NCBI GenBank assembly: GCA_963830915.1
Contig: CAWHOE010000034.1
Span: 1 to 64,000 of the forward strand
Direction of reading: 5' to 3'
DNA: 64,000 nt
Source of the DNA: a candidate division FCPU426 bacterium
GTDB taxonomy: Bacteria > Oederibacteriota > Muellerivitia > Muellerivitales > Muellerivitaceae
Made by a program: the position numbers and the translations under genes. Under the pieces are notes generated by a model that was not told the DNA's origin, ran no database searches, and saw only the letters and a list, made by a program, of their open reading frames with translations. This document shows, piece by piece, positions 30,258 to 39,758 of this stretch (position 1 is the stretch's first letter; every line of letters begins with the position of its first letter).

Positions 30258-31448
30258 ATGTCTAAAGAAAAATTCGTAAGATCCAAGATGCACGTGAATA
30301 TCGGAACGATCGGACACGTGGACCACGGCAAGACGACGCTGACGGCGGCGATCACGACAGTGCTGTCGAAGAAGGGATTGGCGACAGCGAAGGGATACGC
30401 GGATATCGACAACGCCCCGGAAGAGAGGGAGCGTGGTGTGACGATCAATACGTCACACGTGGAGTACCAGACGGAAAAGCGTCATTATGCGCACGTGGAC
30501 TGCCCAGGCCACGCGGACTATATCAAGAACATGGTCACGGGAGCGGCCCAGATGGACGGAGCGATCCTGGTGGTCTCGGCGGCGGATGGACCGATGCCCC
30601 AGACCCGGGAGCATATCCTGTTGGCCCGTCAAGTCGGCGTTCCTTTCATCGTGGTGTTCCTGAACAAGTGTGACATGGTGGATGACGCGGAATTGCTGGA
30701 ATTGGTCGAGGTCGAGGTAAGGGATCTGCTGACCAAGTACGGCTTCCCAGGTGACAAGACGCCGGTGGTGAAGGGTTCGGCCACGAAGGCGTTGGATGGG
30801 GATACGGGAGATTTGGGAGAGAAGGCCATCCTGCAGTTGATGGAAGCGGTGGACAGCTATATACCCGATCCAAAGCGAGATGTGGATAAAGACTTCTTGA
30901 TGGCGGTGGAGGACGTATTCCTGATCACGGGCCGCGGTACGGTGGCGACAGGCCGTGTGGAACGTGGCAAGGTGAAGGTGGGAGACACGGTGGAGATCGT
31001 CGGGATCAAGCCGACGCGAGAGACGGTGGTGACGGGCGTGGAAATGTTCCGGAAACTGCTGGATGACGCGCAGGCGGGGGACAACATCGGAGCCCTGTTG
31101 CGGGGTGTTGAGAAGAAAGACATCGAGCGCGGGCAAGTATTGGCGAAGCCGAAGTCGATCACGCCGCATAAGAAGTTCAAGGGAGAAGTGTACGTGTTGA
31201 CGAAAGAAGAGGGAGGACGGCACACGCCGTTCTTCAACGGATACAAGCCGCAGTTCTTCTTCCGTACGACGGACGTAACGGGATCGGTGAAGTTGCCGGA
31301 CGGAGTGGAGATGTGCATGCCCGGGGACAACATCACGATGGATATCGAGTTGATCGTGCCGGTGGCGATGGAGAAGGAATTGAGATTCGCCATCCGGGAA
31401 GGCGGCCACACGGTGGGCGCTGGCGTCGTCACACAGATAGTCGAATAA
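30258..31448 (+). CDS. tuf: Elongation factor Tu
   Basis: [33 protein letters not shown]. Confidence 0.99.
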   Translation: MSKEKFVRSKMHVNIGTIGHVDHGKTTLTAAITTVLSKKGLATAKGYADIDNAPEERERGVTINTSHVEYQTEKRHYAHVDCPGHADYIKNMVTGAAQMDGAILVVSAADGPMPQTREHILLARQVGVPFIVVFLNKCDMVDDAELLELVEVEVRDLLTKYGFPGDKTPVVKGSATKALDGDTGDLGEKAILQLMEAVDSYIPDPKRDVDKDFLMAVEDVFLITGRGTVATGRVERGKVKVGDTVEIVGIKPTRETVVTGVEMFRKLLDDAQAGDNIGALLRGVEKKDIERGQVLAKPKSITPHKKFKGEVYVLTKEEGGRHTPFFNGYKPQFFFRTTDVTGSVKLPDGVEMCMPGDNITMDIELIVPVAMEKELRFAIREGGHTVGAGVVTQIVE

Positions 31449-31473
31449 CAGCTCATTTAAGGAACGAAGCCTC

Positions 31474-31623
31474 ATGCGCGAACAAATAACGCTGGCCTGC
31501 TCTGACTGCAAGCGCCGCAATTACAACAAAACCCGTGATAAGCGGAAAACCCCTGAAAAGATCGAGGTCAAGAAATATTGCAGGTGGTGCCGCAAGCATA
31601 CGTTGCACAAGGAAACAAAATAG
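31474..31623 (+). CDS. rpmG: 50S ribosomal protein L33 (Zn-ribbon form, 49 aa; not in the ORF track)
   Basis: MREQITLACSDCKRRNY..KKYCRWCRKHTLHKETK. Confidence 0.95.
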   Translation: MREQITLACSDCKRRNYNKTRDKRKTPEKIEVKKYCRWCRKHTLHKETK

Positions 31624-31659
31624 CGGAAGGCCCGCCGGGAGATCCGGCGGGTTTCCAAT

Positions 31660-31735
31660 AGGGCAGTAGCTCTAATGGTAGAGCGGCGGTCTCCAAAACC
31701 GCGCGTTGCAGGTTCGAATCCTGCCTGCCCTGCCA
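31660..31735 (+). tRNA. tRNA-Trp(CCA)
   Basis: 76-nt cloverleaf, loop CTCCAAA, between rpmG and secE. Confidence 0.96.
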
Positions 31736-31765
31736 TCCAGATGAAGAACAGTACGAAGGGTGAAA

Positions 31766-31951
31766 ATGATTCAGCAATTAAGGGAATTTTTTATAGAAGC
31801 CAGGGCGGAGTTCCGGAAGATATCCTGGCCCACGCGGGAAGATATCAAGGGATCGACCGGGGTGGTTTGTGTCACCATTTTTTTCATCATGGTACTGCTG
31901 GCGACCTACGATCTCATCATCAGCAGCCTATTTAAGCTGATCATCAAATAA
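31766..31951 (+). CDS. secE: Preprotein translocase subunit SecE
   Basis: EFRKISWPTRE plus one TM helix; synteny. Confidence 0.93.
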   Translation: MIQQLREFFIEARAEFRKISWPTREDIKGSTGVVCVTIFFIMVLLATYDLIISSLFKLIIK

Positions 31952-31968
31952 AGAGAGGTTCGGTTCGA

Positions 31969-32499
31969 ATGTCAAAGCGCTGGTACGTCATCAATACCTA
32001 TTCGGGATACGAAGCTAAGGTTAAGACCAACCTTGAGAACCGTATCAAAAGTATGAAGATGGAGGACAAGATCTTCCAGATCCTGATTCCCTCCGAGGAG
32101 GTGACCGAGACGCGCGGCGGCAAGAAGCGGATCGCAAACAAGAAATTCTTCCCCGGCTATATCCTGGTGGAAATGGACATGGACGAGAACTCCTGGTCGG
32201 TAGTTCGCAATACACCCAAGGTAACCAGCTTCGTGGGTTCGGGCAACAAGCCGATTCCACTGCCGGATGAGGAAGTCACCGCCATCTTGGAACATATCGG
32301 GAAGCGCCGGGAACGACGAGCTTTGAAGAGCCAATTCGAGAAGGGGGATCTGGTCAAGGTGATGGATGGACCATTCTCCAATTTCTCCGGATCGGTCGAG
32401 GAGATCAACCCGGAGCGCGAGCGCGTCAAGGTCATGGTTACGATCTTCGGACGTCAGACCCCTGTTGAACTGGAATTCCACCAGATCGAAAAGGAATAG
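31969..32499 (+). CDS. nusG: Transcription termination/antitermination factor NusG
   Basis: WYVINTYSGYE, FFPGYILVEM, KOW motif DGPFSNFSG, IFGRQTPVEL. Confidence 0.98.
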   Translation: MSKRWYVINTYSGYEAKVKTNLENRIKSMKMEDKIFQILIPSEEVTETRGGKKRIANKKFFPGYILVEMDMDENSWSVVRNTPKVTSFVGSGNKPIPLPDEEVTAILEHIGKRRERRALKSQFEKGDLVKVMDGPFSNFSGSVEEINPERERVKVMVTIFGRQTPVELEFHQIEKE

Positions 32500-32550
32500 A
32501 AGAACAATCCCCCGCGTCAAGGCGCGGGTAGAAAGTAGAAGGAAAGTTTC

Positions 32551-32977
32551 ATGGCAAAAGAATTATCAGCAATGGTCAAACTCCAGATCCCGGCGGGGAA
32601 GGCCAATCCGGCCCCTCCTGTTGGACCGGCCCTGGGGCAGCACGGCGTCAATATCATGGAGTTCTGCAAGCAATTCAACGCGGCGACCCAGAAACAGGAT
32701 GGCCTGATCATACCGGTGGTCATCTCCATTTATAAGGATCGGTCGTTCACATTCATTACCAAAACCCCTCCGGCTTCGGTGTTGCTATTGAAGGCCGCGG
32801 GTTTGGCCAAAGGATTCGGCCGTTCCCAACAAGACAAAGGTCGGCAAAGTGACCGCCAAACAGGTGGAGGAGATCGCCAAGACCAAGATGCCTGATCTCA
32901 ACGCTCAGAAATTGGATTCCGCCGTCCGGATGGTCGAAGGAACGGCTCGCAGTATGGGGATCGAAGTTCAAAAGTAA
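32551..32977 (+). CDS. rplK: 50S ribosomal protein L11 with one extra base near 32815 (probable sequencing error)
   Basis: [16 protein letters not shown]; after removing one T the frame continues [28 protein letters not shown], giving 141 aa. Confidence 0.95.
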
Positions 32978-33038
32978 GGAAGTCAAGCGATCGGACCTTG
33001 GTGTTGAGCCTGGGAATGGCCGCTAAAAAAGAATGACT

Positions 33039-33077
33039 GTGGGAGCTTCGCCATTAGAGGCGGGGCGTTTGGACCAC
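33039..33077 (+). promoter_or_regulatory. Ribosomal protein L1 autoregulatory leader
   Basis: GTGGGAG..hairpin..ACCAC directly before the rplA RBS. Confidence 0.6.
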
Positions 33078-33088
33078 GGGAGGAAAAC

Positions 33089-33802
33089 ATGAAGAAAGCT
33101 AGCAAGAGAGTCCGGAAGAACAACGAATTGGTTGACCGCACCAAGATCTATCCCCTGGCCGAAGCTGTCAGCGTACTGAAAAAGGCGGCCCCCGCCAAGT
33201 TCAACGAAACCGTCGAATTACACATTAAATTAGGGGTCGACCCCAAAAAGGCAGACCAACAAGTACGTGGAACGGTTTCTTTGCCTAATGGCACTGGTAA
33301 GACCCTAAGGGTCGCCGTCCTTGCCAAAGGCGAGAAGGTGAAGGAAGCGGAAGCAGCAGGGGCGGATATCGCCGGTGATTCCGAATTGGTCGAAAAGATA
33401 GCGGCCGGTTTCCTGGACTTCGACATCCTGGTGGCGACACCCGATATCATGCGCGAAACGGGTAAATTAGGTAAAGTGCTGGGACCCAAGGGGTTGATGC
33501 CCAATCCGAAGGCCGGAACGGTCACCCAAGACGTGGCCCGGGCGGTCAAGGAAATCAAAGCTGGTAAGATCGAATACCGCGTGGATGACCAAGGTATCTG
33601 CCATACGGGGATCGGTAAGATCCAGTTCGGCGAGCCCCAGATCGTCGAGAACGCCCAGACCCTCATCAAGACACTGGTTTCGGTCAAGCCCGCGTCCGCC
33701 AAGGGAACCTATCTGATTTCGGCTTATCTGACCTCAAGCATGGGTCCTGGAATAAAGGTGGACACTACCGAGTTCACGAAGAGCACGGCGAAGAATCTAT
33801 AA
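33089..33802 (+). CDS. rplA: 50S ribosomal protein L1
   Basis: [43 protein letters not shown]. Confidence 0.98.
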   Translation: MKKASKRVRKNNELVDRTKIYPLAEAVSVLKKAAPAKFNETVELHIKLGVDPKKADQQVRGTVSLPNGTGKTLRVAVLAKGEKVKEAEAAGADIAGDSELVEKIAAGFLDFDILVATPDIMRETGKLGKVLGPKGLMPNPKAGTVTQDVARAVKEIKAGKIEYRVDDQGICHTGIGKIQFGEPQIVENAQTLIKTLVSVKPASAKGTYLISAYLTSSMGPGIKVDTTEFTKSTAKNL

Positions 33803-33845
33803 GAGCTGGTGACATCCCCGGTCTTGAGAGGTTTGGGGTATTTAA

Positions 33846-33964
33846 GATGCGGAATCGATGGACCCTTTCGACCTTTACGATCGAATGGGTAGCGGACCGA
33901 AGAGTGGGCTGATTCCATCCTTCGGTTCGTCAGTTCGATCCTTGAGGGGATCGAAAACCGTGTT
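33846..33964 (+). ncRNA. Candidate structured RNA (three hairpins within a closing stem), family unknown
   Basis: Hairpins 33862-33890, 33892-33930 and 33934-33955 with several G-U pairs; weak closing stem 33846-52/33958-64. Confidence 0.4.
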
Positions 33965-34000
33965 TGGGGGAAGGGAAGTTTACTCCCCTCGATCGCGGGG

Positions 34001-34133
34001 ATCTCGAAAACAGCGGGCGGCCTTCAGCTTTCTTTGTCGGCTGAAAGCCTTAATGAATGCCTGCCGAGACGATCCGGAAGATCAAGGATATACCAATACC
34101 CTTCATCCGGTCGTTTCGGGTGAGGGGTTTTTT
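34001..34133 (+). promoter_or_regulatory. L10 leader with attenuator-like terminator
   Basis: CGAAAACAGCGGG..TTAATGAATGCCTGCCGAG matches the L10-leader pattern; hairpin plus T-run at 34098-34133 before rplJ. Confidence 0.75.
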
Positions 34134-34188
34134 ATTTCAATCCCCCAACCCCATATTCGAAATTTATTCCGAAAAGGCGGTGATTTTT

Positions 34189-34731
34189 TTGACAGGAGAG
34201 AAAAGAGAACCAAGACCAGAGAAGGTCGAGGAAGTGAAGGAACTGATGGATAAGGTCCAATCAGCCAAGTCGGCGGTGATCACCGGGTATACCGGTTTGA
34301 CGGTGGAGGAGGTCACCCAACTTAGGGCGCAGCTATTCCACGCGAAGGTCGAGTACCACGTGGTGAAGAACAACCTGGCCCGCTTGGCCTTGAACAAATC
34401 CAACATTACCGTTCTGGATGATCTGCTGGTGGGTCCGACCGCCATCGCTTTAGCGATGGGGGACGCGATCGCCCCGGCCAGGGTCCTTTCCAAATTCGCC
34501 AAGGAGCATGAGAAGCTGACCTTGCGCGGAGGATGGATGGACGGCCGTAAGATCACGGTTCAGGACATCAAGGCCCTGGCTAATCTGCCGAGCCGCGAGG
34601 TGCTGCTGGCGAAGATGCTGGGCAGCATGATGTCGCCCGTGTCCGGTATCGTCCAGGTTTTGGCTGGACCCATGCGCAAGCTGGTTTATGTCTTGAGCGC
34701 CGTCAAGGACGCCAAGGCCAAAGCCGCTTGA
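34189..34731 (+). CDS. rplJ: 50S ribosomal protein L10
   Basis: TTG start after AAGGCGGTG; YTGLTV, VVKNNL, GPTAIA, LANLPSRE. Confidence 0.95.
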   Translation: MTGEKREPRPEKVEEVKELMDKVQSAKSAVITGYTGLTVEEVTQLRAQLFHAKVEYHVVKNNLARLALNKSNITVLDDLLVGPTAIALAMGDAIAPARVLSKFAKEHEKLTLRGGWMDGRKITVQDIKALANLPSREVLLAKMLGSMMSPVSGIVQVLAGPMRKLVYVLSAVKDAKAKAA

Positions 34732-34798
34732 TCTATTCACCCTGCCCAGGACCCTCAAGGGACCGGGCGTAATTTAAAATTAACGGAGGAAGTTGAAA

Positions 34799-35176
34799 AT
34801 GCCTACTTTAACAAAGGATGAGTTGATCACCGCCATCGAATCGATGAGCGTTCTAGAATTGAGCGAGCTGGTCAAGGCCCTCGAGACCAAGTTCGGCGTC
34901 TCGGCCGCCGCTCCTGTCGCGGTCGCTGCCGCCGGAGCCGGAGCCGCAGCCGCTGCCGAGGAAAAGACCGCTTTTGACGTTATCCTCAAAGCCGCTGGCG
35001 CCAATAAGATCGGCGTCATCAAGGTCGTCCGGGAAGTGACTGGATTGGGCCTGAAAGAAGCCAAGGATCTGGTCGATGGAGCCCCTAAGTCCGTGAAGTC
35101 GGGTGTTTCCAAGGCCGAGGCTGACGGTATCGTCGCCAAGTTCAAGGAAAGCGGCGCCGAACTCGAGGTCAAGTAA
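34799..35176 (+). CDS. rplL: 50S ribosomal protein L7/L12
   Basis: [37 protein letters not shown]. Confidence 0.98.
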   Translation: MPTLTKDELITAIESMSVLELSELVKALETKFGVSAAAPVAVAAAGAGAAAAAEEKTAFDVILKAAGANKIGVIKVVREVTGLGLKEAKDLVDGAPKSVKSGVSKAEADGIVAKFKESGAELEVK

Positions 35177-35190
35177 CCACTTTGTTTTCG

Positions 35191-35227
35191 GGCCCCGTTT
35201 CCCTTTGGGAGACGGGGCCTTTTTTTT
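35191..35227 (+). terminator. Intrinsic terminator after rplL
   Basis: GGCCCCGTTTCC..GGAGACGGGGCC followed by T8. Confidence 0.9.
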
Positions 35228-35278
35228 ATCAATAACCCCTTGAAAGGTGATAATTTAAATCACTTTTTGGAGGCGAAC

Positions 35279-35941
35279 TTGAAGCGCGACAAAGGACTGT
35301 TCATTTCTTTCGAGGGCACGGAAGGCGCGGGTAAATCGACCCAGCAGAAATATTTTTGTGTCTATTTGAAAGACCGCGGTATTCCGTACCTTTTCACCCG
35401 CGAGCCGGGCGGGACTTCCTTCGGGAATCTTGTTCGAAAGAACCTCTTGAACCCCAACCTTACCATCGTTCCCAAGGCCGAGTTGTTCCTGTTCCTGGCC
35501 GACCGGGCCCAGCATGTGGAAGAAACCATCCGACCAGCCCTGGAAAGGGGCCAGATCGTTGTTTGCGATCGTTATATCGACTCGACCCTGGCCTACCAGG
35601 GCGGAGGACGTGGGATGAATTGGGGATTCCTGGAAAAACTCAATGATCTCAGCACGGACTCCCTTAAACCCGATCTGACCCTGGTCTTCGATCTGCCGGT
35701 CCACGAGGGTTTTAAACGCAAATATCGCAACACCCGTAATTGGGCCGGGGACCGCATTGAGAAGGAAAAAAGGGATTTCCACCAGCGGGTCCGACAGTCG
35801 TTCCATAAGATCGCCAAAGCGGAGCCCCGACGGGTCCAAATGATCGATTCCAGCAAGAGCAAGGAAGAAGTGAAAAAAGAGATGTTCAAAGTCATCAAAG
35901 CTTCTTTATCAGCTGGATGGCGCCGAAAGATATTCGCTTAA
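35279..35941 (+). CDS. tmk: Thymidylate kinase
   Basis: FEGTEGAGKST, TREPGGT, CDRYIDSTLAYQG. Confidence 0.96.
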   Translation: MKRDKGLFISFEGTEGAGKSTQQKYFCVYLKDRGIPYLFTREPGGTSFGNLVRKNLLNPNLTIVPKAELFLFLADRAQHVEETIRPALERGQIVVCDRYIDSTLAYQGGGRGMNWGFLEKLNDLSTDSLKPDLTLVFDLPVHEGFKRKYRNTRNWAGDRIEKEKRDFHQRVRQSFHKIAKAEPRRVQMIDSSKSKEEVKKEMFKVIKASLSAGWRRKIFA

Positions 35942-35954
35942 CGATCGAAAGAGG

Positions 35955-37037
35955 TTGGCTTTGCCCGATTTCATCATTCCCAGACTGGAAAAGTTGGATT
36001 CCCAACCGGAAGTACAAAAACTACTTTTGGGGATCAAGGATTATCCAGGTGTGCAGACCTTTCTTTGGACTGGCCCGGAAGGAACCGGCAAAAGAACCTA
36101 TGCCCTAGCCTGGGTGAGGAGCCTTTTTTGCAAGGAAGGACTCGATTGCCCTGGTTGCGCGACCTGCAAACAGGTCCTGAACAAGACCCATTCAGATCTA
36201 TTTTGGGTTCATCGAGAGCATTTTTGGGCGGAAGACGATAAGGAAAAGAGCAAGACCGAGACAACGGTCAAGGTGATCCGTCGTTTGACCGATAAATTGA
36301 ACCAAGCTCCCCTTTCTGCGCCTTATAAAGTGGCCATCGTCCCTGCCGCCGACGAAATGAATGAGGAAGCCCAAAATATTTTTTTGAAGACCTTGGAGGA
36401 ACCTCCTTCCAATACCTTTGTCGTCCTTTTGGCCGAAAAATCAGGGAATTTCATATCGACCGTTCTATCTCGGTGCCGGCCCATAAGATTCCCTCAGGTT
36501 CCCTTTCATCGGGTTGAAGAAATTTTGGTCAAGGACCAAGGGTGGACAAGGGAAGACGCGAAAAAAGCATCCCTGGAATGCCGTGGGAACATCACTTTGG
36601 CCCTTCGTGCGGCCGACCCGGTTTGGATGGATTTTCGACAAAAGGTCCAGGAAGATTGGGATAGGGGTCTCGGTGGAAACGAAGAGGACTGGCTGATGCT
36701 TGCCAACGAGTACGATCAATGGGAGCCGGACATCCTGGATGACAGGGAAAGAACAGCGACCCAGCGAAAATCGCTGGTTCTTCAGGAGGCTTTTTCGGTC
36801 GTCGTTGGGCTTTGGGAAAGAAGGTTGTTGGGGGAGGCCCCGATTCCAGAGCGTCTGAAGGGTTTTCCGCCGATTGACGTACTGAAAAGCGTCCAGAGAC
36901 ATCAGGACCTGGCGAACGAAACAACATTATCCCTGAAAATGGTCATGGACCATCTGTTCATGGAACTTAGGGATGGCCTCAAGCGTGGCGGGTTAGCCCA
37001 TCATTCGGTGGGTGAAAGCGCCGTCCAAATCATTTAA
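35955..37037 (+). CDS. holB: DNA polymerase III delta' subunit
   Basis: GPEGTGK, Zn motif C..CPGCATC, AQNIFLKTLEEPP, TVLSRC; follows tmk. Confidence 0.88.
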   Translation: MALPDFIIPRLEKLDSQPEVQKLLLGIKDYPGVQTFLWTGPEGTGKRTYALAWVRSLFCKEGLDCPGCATCKQVLNKTHSDLFWVHREHFWAEDDKEKSKTETTVKVIRRLTDKLNQAPLSAPYKVAIVPAADEMNEEAQNIFLKTLEEPPSNTFVVLLAEKSGNFISTVLSRCRPIRFPQVPFHRVEEILVKDQGWTREDAKKASLECRGNITLALRAADPVWMDFRQKVQEDWDRGLGGNEEDWLMLANEYDQWEPDILDDRERTATQRKSLVLQEAFSVVVGLWERRLLGEAPIPERLKGFPPIDVLKSVQRHQDLANETTLSLKMVMDHLFMELRDGLKRGGLAHHSVGESAVQII

Positions 37038-37048
37038 CGGAGAAGCGA

Positions 37049-38623
37049 ATGTCGGAAATGAAGAAGACTTTTTATGTGACCACCCCAATTTATTATGTGA
37101 ATGACGTGCCCCATATCGGACACGCTTATTGCACGGTGGGCGCTGATGCCATGGCCCGTTTCAAACGGATGGATGGTTATGAGGTTTGGTTCTTGACCGG
37201 GACCGATGAACATGGCCAAAAAATCGAGAAAACCGCCAAAGAACAAGGCATCACGCCCAAGGAACTGGCGGACCGAGTGGTGGAAAGGTTCAAGGAAGCC
37301 TGGAAAAAGCTGGGGATTTCGAATGATGATTTCATCCGCACCACCGAGGAGAGGCATAAGGCCCCGGCGAGGGAATTCTTCAAAAGGGTCCTGGACAAGG
37401 GATACATCTATCAAGGGGAATATGAGGGATGGTATTGCCTTCCAGACGAGAAGTTTCTCCTTGATTCGGAAGTTGTGGATGGGAAATGTCCCGATTGCGG
37501 AAGGACTGTGGAACGTATCAAGGAACATAATTATTTTTTCGCCATGTCCAAGTTCCAAAAACAGTTGGAAAAGCACTTGGATGAGAATCCGGATTTCATC
37601 CAGCCCGATACCCGCAAGAACGAGTTGGTGAATAATTTCATCAAACCGGGTTTGGCGGACGTTTCCATTACCCGTAACAGTGTTCAATGGGGCATTCCCG
37701 CGCCAGTCCCTGAAAAAACGGTGCTATACGTATGGTTCGACGCCCTATTGAACTATATCACCGCCCTTGGTTGGCCTAACGGGGAAATGTACAAGAAGTT
37801 CTGGAAAGGCGAAGGGGTGGAACGACACGAGACTATCAACCTGATCGGGAAGGACATCCTTCGTTTCCATGCCACCATCTGGCCTACCATGCTCATGGCC
37901 GCCGGAGAGCCACTCCCTCAGCGTGTTTTTGGCACTGGTTATATCAATAAGGATGGGAAGAAAATGTCCAAGAGCTTGGGGAATGTGGTGGACCCTTTCG
38001 ACCTGGTGGAGAAATTCGGCCCCGATGCCCTTCGTTATTATCTCTTGCGGGAGATCCCTTTTGGTCTGGACGGTAACTATACGGACGCTGCCTTTGAATT
38101 GCGGTTCAATGGTGATCTGGCCAATGACCTGGGGAATCTGGTCCATCGAAGTTTGACCATGTTGGAGAAATATTTCAACGGTACCATACCCCAATCGGGT
38201 CCAGAGGGTAATTTAGAGGCTGAGTTAAGGTCGATTGCCATTTCCTACGCCCCCCAAGCCCGTCAAACCATGGTGACCTTCGATTTCCCCACGACCCTAT
38301 CCTCGGCCTGGGACTTAGTGAAAAGGGCAAATAAATACATCGAGGAATCGGCTCCTTGGAAGGTGGCCAAGGAAGGCGAAGCAGGGAAGGAAAAACTGGC
38401 GACTATCATGTTTTCCCTGATGGAATCTCTCCGAGTGACGGCTATCGCCATCGCCCCCTTCATGCCTTTCACGGCTTCAGCCATCTGGAAACAACTGGGT
38501 TACTCGGATGACGTTCACCACCATTCGCTCCAGGAAACCGAGAGTTGGGGGAAGATACTAGTCGGGCAGAAAATCGCCAAGGGACAACCTCTTTTCCCTC
38601 GCATCGAGAAAGAAAAGAAATAA
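37049..38623 (+). CDS. metG: Methionyl-tRNA synthetase (short form, no C-terminal tRNA-binding domain)
   Basis: YVTTPIYYVN, HIGH, GTDEHG, YVWFDAL, KMSKS. Confidence 0.97.
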   Translation: MSEMKKTFYVTTPIYYVNDVPHIGHAYCTVGADAMARFKRMDGYEVWFLTGTDEHGQKIEKTAKEQGITPKELADRVVERFKEAWKKLGISNDDFIRTTEERHKAPAREFFKRVLDKGYIYQGEYEGWYCLPDEKFLLDSEVVDGKCPDCGRTVERIKEHNYFFAMSKFQKQLEKHLDENPDFIQPDTRKNELVNNFIKPGLADVSITRNSVQWGIPAPVPEKTVLYVWFDALLNYITALGWPNGEMYKKFWKGEGVERHETINLIGKDILRFHATIWPTMLMAAGEPLPQRVFGTGYINKDGKKMSKSLGNVVDPFDLVEKFGPDALRYYLLREIPFGLDGNYTDAAFELRFNGDLANDLGNLVHRSLTMLEKYFNGTIPQSGPEGNLEAELRSIAISYAPQARQTMVTFDFPTTLSSAWDLVKRANKYIEESAPWKVAKEGEAGKEKLATIMFSLMESLRVTAIAIAPFMPFTASAIWKQLGYSDDVHHHSLQETESWGKILVGQKIAKGQPLFPRIEKEKK

Positions 38624-39391
38624 ATGGCCGGACTCATCGACACGCACTGTCACTTGGATGACGAAAGACTGGTCGGAGAAGAAAAGGATATTCTCCAAAG
38701 GTGCCGGGAGGCGGGAGTGGGAATCTGTGTCACGATCGGCACGGACGAAATCACGTCAAAGGCGGCAGCCGTCCTGGCTTCCCGCCATCCTGGGATAATT
38801 TACCACACGGTAGGCGCCCATCCCAATGACGCTGACCGATTCACGGAAGTGGAGTTGTCTGAAATAGAAGGTTTGGCCCGAGAAACCCGCCCAATAGCTA
38901 TCGGCGAGGTGGGACTGGATTATTTCCATTCCGCCGACCGGATCAAGCAAAAAGTCCTTTTTGCCCGAATGATCCGGTTGGCCCATCAAATCTCTTTGCC
39001 CCTAGTGATCCATGATCGGGACGCTCACGAAGATATCTACCAACAACTCAAAATGGAAGCTTCGGGAATGAAGATCCTAATGCATTGCTATTCGGCTGGA
39101 ACAGCCTTTGTGGAAAGATTCCTTGATATGGGTTGTTATTTTTCCGTCGCGGGTCCGGTCACCTTCAAGAATGGGCAAGATGTGAGGGATGCCGTGAAAC
39201 TCATCCCCTTGGATAGGATCGTAGTCGAGACGGATGCCCCTTATTTAGCTCCCCATCCTAATCGGGGAAAACGCAATGAGCCGTCCTTTGTGAAATTCAC
39301 CGCGGAAAAGGTGGCTGAGGTCAAAGGAATCCCTTTCTCAGAACTGGCTGAAGTGACTACAAACAACGCCAAGAAATTCTTCGGGATATAA
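38624..39391 (+). CDS. tatD: TatD-family DNase
   Basis: DTHCH, GAHP, IGEVGLDY, IHDRDA, ETDAPYL. Confidence 0.93.
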   Translation: MAGLIDTHCHLDDERLVGEEKDILQRCREAGVGICVTIGTDEITSKAAAVLASRHPGIIYHTVGAHPNDADRFTEVELSEIEGLARETRPIAIGEVGLDYFHSADRIKQKVLFARMIRLAHQISLPLVIHDRDAHEDIYQQLKMEASGMKILMHCYSAGTAFVERFLDMGCYFSVAGPVTFKNGQDVRDAVKLIPLDRIVVETDAPYLAPHPNRGKRNEPSFVKFTAEKVAEVKGIPFSELAEVTTNNAKKFFGI

Positions 39392-39480
39392 CTTTTTTGA
39401 TGTTTTGACCCTCGCTTACGGCTCGAAAAAATGTCGAGGTTCGGTCCGTTCCTTTTATGATATTAAGCAGGAGATTGAAT

Positions 39481-39624
39481 ATGTTGGATGAACCACTGGA
39501 AGAACGGAATATTAGCAAGCCAAGCAAACTTAGAAACGTCTTGTTCTTGATCGTCATGGTGTTATTAACGGCTTTGTTCTTATTCCTTCTCTACTTAGCT
39601 CTCATGAATCGAATAAAAGAATAG
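39481..39624 (+). CDS. 47-aa single-TM small protein (not in the ORF track)
   Basis: AGGAG RBS; MLDEPLEERNISKPSKLRNVLFLIVMVLLTALFLFLLYLALMNRIKE. Confidence 0.55.
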   Translation: MLDEPLEERNISKPSKLRNVLFLIVMVLLTALFLFLLYLALMNRIKE

Positions 39625-39758
39625 GATTTTCGATCCGCCATAAAGCCGGTTCTTTAAGGCTCAAAGCGGGTTTTGCGTTCTTTTCCGTACCCTACTATTG
39701 GCTTTAAAGCCCTTCTGAGTAAAATAACCCCTCCATTCCATCCTGAAAGGCTGGTCCC

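Noticed and set aside
30921..30923. EF-Tu [10 protein letters not shown] instead of the conserved EDVFSITGRG
   Set aside because: CTG versus TCG is a two-base swap, plausible as a consensus error in this error-containing sequence
30453..31520. 355-aa antisense ORF over tuf
   Set aside because: Common shadow ORF caused by codon bias
32551..32977. Programmed frameshift or pseudogene in rplK
   Set aside because: No slippery site or stimulator; one extra base in a near-universal gene fits sequencing error
34057..34188. N-terminal extension of L10 in the ORF track
   Set aside because: Overlaps the L10 leader and terminator; the TTG at 34189 has the RBS
37049..38623. MetRS lacking the C-terminal domain
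   Set aside because: Short monomeric MetRS forms are well known
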